This document shows positions 36,652 to 43,510 of a stretch of DNA of 43,510 nt, piece by piece (position 1 is the first letter of the stretch; each line of letters starts with the position of its first letter). The DNA comes from a virus. Lineage: Duplodnaviria; Caudoviricetes. Position numbers and translations under genes: made by a program. Location: IMG/VR virus record IMGVR_UViG_3300044728_000232, positions 1-43,510 of that record, one strand, 5' to 3'. The notes beneath the pieces are model-generated. The model worked only from the letters and a program-made list of their open reading frames with translations. It had not been told where the DNA came from and searched no databases.

Positions 36652-37557
36652 ATGACCCTCAATCCTCCCCAACCCCTGACTCCGCTCTCGGCTTTTAACT
36701 CCTATCCCGGCTTTAACGTCCTCCTCATGGGCGTAAGCGGGACGGGGAAAACCTTCTCCCTCAAAACCCTCGTCGACACGGGCCTGGAAACCTTCTGTTT
36801 GTTTCTTGAGCCGGGCCTCGAAACCCTGATCGGGGCCTATTCCGATAATAACCTCCCTTTGCCCGAAAACCTCCATTTCCATTACCTCAAACCCAAAACC
36901 CAGGGCTTCGACCAACTCAAAAAGACCGCGGACGATATCGGGAAATTCGACCTCACCGGCCTGACCCGAATGAAAGACATGAACCGCTCCCGGGCAAATC
37001 AAATGCTCGACCTTTACACCCAGCTAAATGACTTTGAAGATCAAAAAACCGGAAAGAAATACGGCCCCGTTGATGCTTTTGATAACCGCTGCGTCGTGGC
37101 GATTGATTCCCTTTCCGCCCTCAATCGCATTGCGATGGATATGGTTGTCGGAACAAAACCAGTGAGGGACCAATCCGATTGGGGAATCGCGCAGAATCAG
37201 ATCATGGCGGTTTTGCACAAGCTGACCTCGGGCTGTGTTTGCCATTTCGTTCTTATCGCCCACGTTGACCGGGAGATAGACCAAATCCTGGGCGGGGTAA
37301 AGCTCATGGTCGCCTCTCTCGGGAAGGCAATCACCAGTCAGATTCCCCAACCCTTCTCCGATGTTATCCTCTCCTCCCGGGAGAATGCGAATTTCCATTG
37401 GGACACGGCGAACTCCCTGGCCGACGTTAAAACTCGGAACCTCCCCATCTCCTCGAAACTCCCGCCGAGCTTTGAACCCATCTGGAGAAAATGGGACGAG
37501 CGCCGTGCCCTCGCCACGGACCAAAACAAACCGCTTGACAAACCCGAGAATCCGTGA
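36652..37557 (+). CDS. AAA_24 / Sak4-like P-loop ATPase
   Basis: GVSGTGKT, VAIDSLS, DWG, VLIAH; sits between the exonuclease and the SSB-like gene. Confidence 0.8.
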   Translation: MTLNPPQPLTPLSAFNSYPGFNVLLMGVSGTGKTFSLKTLVDTGLETFCLFLEPGLETLIGAYSDNNLPLPENLHFHYLKPKTQGFDQLKKTADDIGKFDLTGLTRMKDMNRSRANQMLDLYTQLNDFEDQKTGKKYGPVDAFDNRCVVAIDSLSALNRIAMDMVVGTKPVRDQSDWGIAQNQIMAVLHKLTSGCVCHFVLIAHVDREIDQILGGVKLMVASLGKAITSQIPQPFSDVILSSRENANFHWDTANSLADVKTRNLPISSKLPPSFEPIWRKWDERRALATDQNKPLDKPENP

Positions 37558-37760
37558 TGAAATTCACCCCCACCCAAGTCCATTGCGCGCAGGAAATGAT
37601 CTACGCCATCGAGAATCCCGATAACATCGGCCCGGGCGATTTCGGGGGCCGGATGAAAGCCCTCGCTGAATCCCTCGGCGGAATTCGGAATCTCGAATCC
37701 ATGCACCCGGAAGGCGTTCCCATTTATCTCCTCGCCCTAATCGTCACCGCCGGGAAATAA
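37554..37760 (+). CDS. Hypothetical protein
   Basis: 68-aa coupled ORF. Confidence 0.55.
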   Translation: MMKFTPTQVHCAQEMIYAIENPDNIGPGDFGGRMKALAESLGGIRNLESMHPEGVPIYLLALIVTAGK

Positions 37761-37833
37761 TCACCTGATGGACCGCTGCCGTGGGGACGGCGAATCCATC
37801 TTTTCATCATCCCCTAACTGGACCTTTTCAAAC

Positions 37834-38301
37834 ATGGCAAGACTTTTCGACCCCGTAGCCTTTCTGAACGAAACCGCACCGGAGAACGCAACCCGCCGGG
37901 AACCCCGCCCGGCGGGCGAGTGCATCGGGCAAATCATCGCCCTCGATTTCAAGTCCGGGGAAATCAAGAAGGGCGACCGCATCGGCCAGCCCTGGCAGCG
38001 TATCGATGCGAAAATCGAAGTCATCGACCCGAACTACCTCTCCCAACGCACCTACCAAGGCCCGCCGAAGGAGATTTTCACCTACGGCATGATGTACGAC
38101 GCGGACGAAACGGGACGCCCCGCCGTCGGCCCGAACGTCAATGTGAACCTGGGAAGGTTCCGCGATGCCTGTGATGCGAATGGCAAGCCCTATGCGGCCT
38201 GCATCGGCAAGATGATCCGCCTGAACGTCATCCACAAGCCGCACCCCGAGCACCCCGAAGTCGTTCTGGATGAAGTCAGCGGCGTGACCCGGGCAAGCTG
38301 A
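37834..38301 (+). CDS. Putative ssDNA-binding protein (DUF669-like OB fold)
   Basis: P.P.GE....I, N..LGRFRDAC, IGK....V.H; adjacent to the AAA_24 gene; strong codon bias. Confidence 0.55.
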   Translation: MARLFDPVAFLNETAPENATRREPRPAGECIGQIIALDFKSGEIKKGDRIGQPWQRIDAKIEVIDPNYLSQRTYQGPPKEIFTYGMMYDADETGRPAVGPNVNVNLGRFRDACDANGKPYAACIGKMIRLNVIHKPHPEHPEVVLDEVSGVTRAS

Positions 38302-38333
38302 ATCTTTAAAAGATAACCCTTCGCAGGGGCCTT

Positions 38334-38372
38334 GGGGAGAAGATTGGGTTTCCCTCTTCTCCCCTTTTTTCT
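38334..38372 (+). terminator. Rho-independent terminator
   Basis: GGGGAGAAGA...TCTTCTCCCC followed by a T-run. Confidence 0.75.
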
Positions 38373-38386
38373 TTCTAGGAGATTCT

Positions 38387-38599
38387 ATGGAACCCCCCAT
38401 TCCGCCCATCGTCACATTCCCCCCTTGTCGGGCCTGCGTTCATTATCGCTCCAGGGAGAATATGCAGCTCTGCGTCGTTCAGCCGAAGTGGCCTGAAACC
38501 ATCGCCGCCGCCGTCCGTTGGAGAGGCCCCAACTTCCTCTGTTTTCAGGAAAGAGATAAAACAAAATGCAACCCGTCGGACCAGTCCCCGCCCGTATAG
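38387..38599 (+). CDS. Small Cys-rich hypothetical protein
   Basis: AGGAG RBS; CRACVHY...C. Confidence 0.55.
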   Translation: MEPPIPPIVTFPPCRACVHYRSRENMQLCVVQPKWPETIAAAVRWRGPNFLCFQERDKTKCNPSDQSPPV

Positions 38600-41004
38600 C
38601 CATCATCGGGGAAGCCCCAGGCGCGGAAGAGGAGAGGCGGGGAGAACCCTTCGTCGGGGCCTCTGGCTCTTTGCTAAACAACCTCCTCCAGAAAGCCGGG
38701 ATAAGTCGCGCCTCCTGTTTTATCACGAATGTCTGTAACGACCGACCTCCGGCAAACGATATCGGGGAATGGCTCTCAGACAACAAAAGACCGCCGGAAC
38801 CGAATTGGGAACATCTCTACGGGAAATGGGCGCATCCGAATATCATCGAGGGGCGGAAGAAGCTCTTGCGGGAGTTAGAGGAGGTAAAACCCGACCTCAT
38901 TATTGTCCTAGGCTCCACCCCCCTCTGGGCCTTGACGGGAAACAGCGGAATCTTGAAATGGCGTGGGAGTAGGCTGAGCTTCTACGGGGAAAACTTCAAA
39001 GCCACAGTCCTCCCCTCGATCCATCCCGCCGCCGCCCTGCGGGAAATGTCCCTCGCCCCCGTCCTCCTGATGGACTTCAAAAGAGCCCTAGCTCTCCTCG
39101 AAGGCCGCCAAACTCCCCGAATCTATGACTTTAAGATTAACCCGTCTTTTTCTGAAACCGTCGAATTCCTCACCGGCCTCCTCGCCCGCGCAGACGCCCT
39201 CCTGGGCGGAGACTCAACCCTCCTTCTATCCGGCGACCTTGAAACCCGCCTCGGCCATATCGCCTGCTTCGGCATCGCCTGGAGCAAGACGCAAGCCTTC
39301 TGCATCCCCTATTTAGAGCTGAATAAAATCAACCCCTTCTACTGGCCCGTGGAAGAAGAGGCGATGATAAACCATCTCCTTATTCAACTCTTCACCCACG
39401 AGAAAATCGTTTGGGTCGGCCAGAATTTCCTCTACGACTGCCAGTATTTCCATAGATTCATCGGCGTCGTCCCGAATACTGTCTGGGATACGATGATCGG
39501 CCATCATTCAATCTACTCCAACATGAGAAAGGGCCTCGACTTTCTCTCCTCAATGTACGCCCATGACCACGTTTACTGGAAAGATGAAATCAAAGAGTGG
39601 GACCCAGCCGTCGGGGAAAAACAGTTCTGGACCTACAACTGCAAAGACGCCTGTATTACCTACGAAGTTTTCGAGGGGATTCAGATCGAGCAATGCAACG
39701 AGGCGGTTTCGGAACATTTTCTATTTCAACAAAGCCTCTTTCACCCCGTCTTGAGAATGATGAACCGGGGGATAAAGATGGACACGGGCCAACGCTATGC
39801 GTTGAGAAAAGAACTCGAAGCGGCTTCGCTAGAAAGACAGATCAACCTCGAATACATGGTGGGCCATGAGATAAATCCCCGTTCCTCGAAGAAGCTGATA
39901 GAGCTTTTCTACCATGACCTCCGTATCCCCGGGATAAGGTCAATGACGACGGATAATCTAACCGTCGGCAGCCCCGCTCTGGCAGAAATCTCCAATCGCC
40001 ACCCCGTCCTAAACCCCCTATGCCAAACCATCGCCGAGTTAAGGTCTATCAGCGTTTTCTTAAATACCTTCATCGCCGCCGAGTTAGACTCCGACGGCAG
40101 AATGCGCTGCTCCTTTTCAATAGCCGGCCCGACTACTTTTCGATTTTCCTCTTCCGAGAACGCTTTCGGTTCGGGAATGAACCTCCAAAACATCCCCATC
40201 GCAGAAAAGATAAAAATAAAAGGCCACAACAATCTCTCGTTGCCAAATATTCGGAAGCTATTCGTCCCCGACGCGGGTTATACCTTCTTCGATATGGACC
40301 TAGACCGAGCCGACTTACAAGTCGTGGTTTGGGAGGCAGACGACTCTGAGTTAAAACTCGTCCTCCGTTCCGGCTTAGATATGCACCTTGTCAACGCCTG
40401 CACGATTTTTGATATTAAAGGAATCCCCTATGACGAACTATCTGAAACTCACCATAACTATCGAGAGCATCGAGGGCGGATCGGAGAACCCTCTCGTAAC
40501 AAGGCAAAAATGGGAGTTCACGCCACAAATTACGGCGTCGGAGATTACAAACTGGCCGCAGCCCTGGGGATTACTGTCCGCGAAGCTGCACTTTTTCGAT
40601 CACGATGGTTCGGTGCGCATCCTGGAATACGGCGGTGGCACCTACGGGTCGAAACGTCTGCCACGACCGACGGTTTTATCACAAATCCATTCGGAGCGAA
40701 ATTTCACATCTTGGGAAGGTTCGACCTCCCGGAGTGCCTTGCCTGGGGACCCCAATCCACCGTCGCCGGGGTTATCAACCGCGCCCTCGTTAACATCGAC
40801 AGAGCCGAGCAAAGAGGAGAAACCTCCGTCCAACTCCTCCTCCAAGTCCACGATTCCCTCGCCGGGCAATTCTTAACGGTTGAGAGGGACAAAGAAGAAG
40901 CGAACCTTCGCCGATTAGCCCAAATCACCATCCCCTATCCCGAACCCCTGATTATCCCCGTAGGGATTAACTGCTCAACCCAATCCTGGGGACATTGTAA
41001 ATGA
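38566..41004 (+). CDS. Family A DNA polymerase with N-terminal uracil-DNA-glycosylase-like domain and 3'-5' exonuclease
   Basis: UDG family 4 motifs GEAPG..E...G.PFVG.SG and HPA; exonuclease DLET / N..YD / YN..D; polymerase RFSS..NLQNIP, R..AK...YG, VHDS. Confidence 0.92.
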   Translation: MQPVGPVPARIAIIGEAPGAEEERRGEPFVGASGSLLNNLLQKAGISRASCFITNVCNDRPPANDIGEWLSDNKRPPEPNWEHLYGKWAHPNIIEGRKKLLRELEEVKPDLIIVLGSTPLWALTGNSGILKWRGSRLSFYGENFKATVLPSIHPAAALREMSLAPVLLMDFKRALALLEGRQTPRIYDFKINPSFSETVEFLTGLLARADALLGGDSTLLLSGDLETRLGHIACFGIAWSKTQAFCIPYLELNKINPFYWPVEEEAMINHLLIQLFTHEKIVWVGQNFLYDCQYFHRFIGVVPNTVWDTMIGHHSIYSNMRKGLDFLSSMYAHDHVYWKDEIKEWDPAVGEKQFWTYNCKDACITYEVFEGIQIEQCNEAVSEHFLFQQSLFHPVLRMMNRGIKMDTGQRYALRKELEAASLERQINLEYMVGHEINPRSSKKLIELFYHDLRIPGIRSMTTDNLTVGSPALAEISNRHPVLNPLCQTIAELRSISVFLNTFIAAELDSDGRMRCSFSIAGPTTFRFSSSENAFGSGMNLQNIPIAEKIKIKGHNNLSLPNIRKLFVPDAGYTFFDMDLDRADLQVVVWEADDSELKLVLRSGLDMHLVNACTIFDIKGIPYDELSETHHNYREHRGRIGEPSRNKAKMGVHATNYGVGDYKLAAALGITVREAALFRSRWFGAHPGIRRWHLRVETSATTDGFITNPFGAKFHILGRFDLPECLAWGPQSTVAGVINRALVNIDRAEQRGETSVQLLLQVHDSLAGQFLTVERDKEEANLRRLAQITIPYPEPLIIPVGINCSTQSWGHCK

Positions 41005-41396
41005 CTGATAAAATCGACCCGGTCTACCTGATTCGCAACCCCGGCGATAAGGACACATGGCAGGAAGTGACGAAGGCTCGCTTTGATCGCTTCGCGCAAG
41101 AGCCGGGGTTTGGTTCGCGGGTTTTGTACGCCCCTCCCCCGTTCGACTACGCGAAATATCTCGCTGAGGTCGACAGCCTGGTGGACGGGATTCGCGAGCC
41201 TCTTGCTGCCGCTCCCCCGCAGGCCGATGAGCGGGAAGCTCGCGAAGCTTTCGAGCGCCTTCACCTAGTTTTAGAATCGAGCGCCAAGCGATACGCCGAT
41301 GGCGACCACCTTTACATCGACCCTCGGGTCGAGCGTGAGTGGGGATTCTGGAAGATGGCCTGGAACGCAGCTATCGCAGCCAAGGGGGAAAAGTGA
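41001..41396 (+). CDS. Hypothetical protein
   Basis: Coupled ORF; REAFE...Y....V...W..W pattern of small phage proteins. Confidence 0.65.
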   Translation: MTDKIDPVYLIRNPGDKDTWQEVTKARFDRFAQEPGFGSRVLYAPPPFDYAKYLAEVDSLVDGIREPLAAAPPQADEREAREAFERLHLVLESSAKRYADGDHLYIDPRVEREWGFWKMAWNAAIAAKGEK

Positions 41397-42631
41397 CCGA
41401 TTCCGCAATCCCCATCCGTCCACCCTCGCCCCAAAACGATAAAAGAGAACTCCATGACTGGCTCACAGAATTCGTCTCCAACACAAAATGGGGAGAAGCC
41501 CCAGACTATTTCTATTTCTGGGTTGGAGTCGGGACAATTGCGTCTGCGCTCCGTAGACAGGTATGGCTCAACATGGGAACATTCCACTGGTTCCCTAATC
41601 TCTATATACTCCTTGTGGCTCCACCGGGGGTTATTCAAAAGTCATCCACTGCCGATTTGGGGCTCCTCCATCTCCTTAAGAAAATTGAGGGGATTAACTT
41701 TGGCCCGTCAACTGTCACCTGGCAGGCCCTGTACGACGCTTTTGCGGAAGTGGGAGAGGCTGTTGATATCTCGCCTGAACTCCAAATCACGCAATCGGCT
41801 CTTGTTATCAATTCTTCGGAATTCGGTATTACCCTCAACCCCAAAGACACCGAGATGGTTGACCAACTCGTACATATTTGGGACGGGCGAGAAATGGCGA
41901 AAAGGACTCGAAAGGACGGATTACTCGTCATCCCCACCCCCTGTTTGAACATGATCGCCTGCACGACCCCCGCGTGGATAGCGGAAAACATGCCCCGCTA
42001 TCTAATCGGAGGAGGACTTACGTCCAGAATGCTCTTCGTCTACGGGGAAGAGAAGGCCCGGTATATCGCCTACCCGTGGAAACACATGCCGGTAGATTAC
42101 GAAGAGTTTCAGGCGAAGCTAGTCCGGGACTTAAAGCGGATTTCGATGATGAAAGGGGAATTCCGCCTAACGCCCGAAGCCGTCCAATGGGGAGAGGATT
42201 GGTATGAGCGATTCCACAAGGTCGAAAAGCTCCAACTCGATCCCACCCTGATCGGGGGATATATCGCGAGAAAACAAACTCTCGTTCATAAGGTCGCGAT
42301 GATAATGTCGGCCTCGCAAGGGGATAGCATGGAAATCTCTCTCCTCCACCTTCAGCGCGCCGTCGGGGCCATCACCGAGCTAGAGAAAAACATGCCCCTC
42401 GTCTACTCCAAAATCGGAATGACTAAAGAGTCAAACGCGGGCGAGCAGATTATCGCCTATCTGAACCGCTATGGGGGAAAAGTGGCCTGGGCCGCCCTAT
42501 TCCAATACATGCACCGCACCTTTCCCAAGGTGGAGGAGGTAGAGGATATTCTCCGGGGCCTGATCGAAGCCGGGTATGTCAACATCGACAGAGCGGAACG
42601 AACCGTTATTCTACTGAAAAGACCGGAATGA
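41393..42631 (+). CDS. DUF3987-like P-loop protein (putative replicative ATPase/helicase)
   Basis: GTG start; PNLYILLVAPPG..KSS, SSEFG, WDG, GG..SR; C-terminal winged helix. Confidence 0.7.
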   Translation: MTDSAIPIRPPSPQNDKRELHDWLTEFVSNTKWGEAPDYFYFWVGVGTIASALRRQVWLNMGTFHWFPNLYILLVAPPGVIQKSSTADLGLLHLLKKIEGINFGPSTVTWQALYDAFAEVGEAVDISPELQITQSALVINSSEFGITLNPKDTEMVDQLVHIWDGREMAKRTRKDGLLVIPTPCLNMIACTTPAWIAENMPRYLIGGGLTSRMLFVYGEEKARYIAYPWKHMPVDYEEFQAKLVRDLKRISMMKGEFRLTPEAVQWGEDWYERFHKVEKLQLDPTLIGGYIARKQTLVHKVAMIMSASQGDSMEISLLHLQRAVGAITELEKNMPLVYSKIGMTKESNAGEQIIAYLNRYGGKVAWAALFQYMHRTFPKVEEVEDILRGLIEAGYVNIDRAERTVILLKRPE

Positions 42632-42882
42632 AAAATCGGCCCTTCTTCCGCATTTTCCCGAAAGTCGCCTCCGAGGGATATTGCTGTATGTTTGGCTACC
42701 TGAGCCTCTGTCGCGCCCGAGGAGAAACCAAACAACAGATGGCGAACTGGCTCGGGATTAACTTCTGGACAGTAAAATACAACTATCGCTGTCTAAAGCA
42801 GGGTCGGCATACCTGTCAGAAACTCGAAGGCTGTTTAAAACCCATCATCGACGATCTTCAGCCTCCGGATGGGGCTGAGTAG
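42628..42882 (+). CDS. Small HTH/Cys protein (putative regulator)
   Basis: KQQMANWLGINFWTVKY HTH-like segment. Confidence 0.5.
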   Translation: MKNRPFFRIFPKVASEGYCCMFGYLSLCRARGETKQQMANWLGINFWTVKYNYRCLKQGRHTCQKLEGCLKPIIDDLQPPDGAE

Positions 42883-43027
42883 GACTCTTCCTCCGCCCGA
42901 TATCATCTGTCTCGATATCCACGCTGGGGTAGGTATTCACCCGAACGCGAGTATCCGCGGTGGAACCCTCCCCCAGCGCGATAGCGCAGCCAGACAAGAG
43001 GAGGAGAATAGAGAGGCGGAGAATCAC
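42845..43027 (-). CDS. Small lipoprotein (60 aa)
   Basis: GTG start coupled to the upstream stop; MILRLSILLLLSG-C lipobox. Confidence 0.6.
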   Translation of the reverse strand: MILRLSILLLLSGCAIALGEGSTADTRVRVNTYPSVDIETDDIGRRKSPTQPHPEAEDRR

Positions 43028-43510
43028 CTCGTCGCCATCGCGTGAAGGGTCATAACCGCCGAGGCCAAATCTGGCCCGCCCCCCGCCGGTCGAATGGTAA
43101 ACGTCCCCGTGCAGCTTTTCTCCGTGAAGCCAGCCGTTCCCCGGGAAACAGTAACCGTCCAGAACAACCCAGCGGAGGCATTCAGCCAGGAAAAATCCGG
43201 GCCGGAGGATGAACTCATTGTCCCCACCGAAGGCGCAAACATCACATCGAAATTCCCGCCTGGCCCGCCCCCGGGAATCCACTCGTCCGCCGAATCCACA
43301 ATGACATTCGAGGCTCCGCCGGGATTCATATTCCCCAGCCTCTCCGTCCTTAGAACTCCGGTAGAGAGAAACCTAACCGTCGAAGTCGCCGTCGCAACCC
43401 CAGCCGATTCCTCGTCCTCAGACTGAATATTCCTGGCCGTCAGCGTAATCTTCACATAAACCGGCTTCCAGACCCCGGCGACGTTCAGCCAAATCTTCTG
43501 GACAGGACGC
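43024..43510 (-). CDS. 3' part of junction-spanning tail-fibre-associated protein
   Basis: Open frame continuous with ATG at 201 through the terminal repeat. Confidence 0.8.
   Translation of the reverse strand, partial: RPVQKIWLNVAGVWKPVYVKITLTARNIQSEDEESAGVATATSTVRFLSTGVLRTERLGNMNPGGASNVIVDSADEWIPGGGPGGNFDVMFAPSVGTMSSSSGPDFSWLNASAGLFWTVTVSRGTAGFTEKSCTGTFTIRPAGGGPDLASAVMTLHAMATR
43384..43510. repeat. 127-bp terminal direct repeat, copy 2
   Basis: Identical to 1-127. Confidence 0.95.

Larger units (their letters stand above)
1..43510. mobile_element. Complete (circularly permuted) tailed bacteriophage genome, podovirus-like, probably non-integrating
   Basis: TerL, portal, capsid, tail/ejection genes and PolA lie in two divergent arms; ends overlap by 127 bp; no host genes or integrase seen. 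Confidence 0.95.

Noticed and set aside
37535-37563. TTGACA promoter candidate
   Set aside because: The matching -10 (TGAAAT) is poor and the site lies in coding sequence
43384-43510. Terminal repeat as a biological direct terminal repeat
   Set aside because: Exactly 127 bp (a common assembler k-mer length) and it interrupts a gene, so it is best read as a circular overlap

Overview
This window is an apparently complete, circularly permuted dsDNA tailed-phage genome of about 43,383 bp. Bases 1-127 are repeated exactly at 43384-43510, which looks like an assembly overlap. The minus-strand arm (23723 down to 1, continuing across the junction to 42845) carries a podovirus-like morphogenesis module: TerS, a GH108-like protein, TerL, portal, an inserted ~6.4 kb fibre/hydrolase block, scaffold, major capsid, decoration, adaptor/tail, GNAT, ejection proteins with an embedded PAPS-reductase-family gene, tail fibre and a lipoprotein. 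The plus-strand arm (24654-42882) carries early and replication genes: a MoxR-type AAA ATPase with partner, a Pro-rich protein/subtilase/membrane-protein cassette, many small ORFs, a PEP-CTERM protein, a PD-(D/E)XK nuclease, an AAA_24 ATPase, an SSB-like protein, a UDG-PolA fusion and a DUF3987-like ATPase. I recognised no integrase, repressor, primase, tRNA or CRISPR array. Main observations: (1) an oriC-like array of DnaA boxes (7 perfect) with an AT-rich tract at the strand switch; (2) several small proteins ending in acidic [IV]DF(F) tails, while the SSB-like protein has no such tail; (3) the only endolysin homologue has lost its catalytic motif; (4) a phage-encoded PEP-CTERM protein; (5) a PolA with unusual motif A/B residues; (6) a GNAT and an Fe-S PP-loop enzyme flanking an ejection protein. 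All product calls come from motif recognition and gene order; no database search was run.
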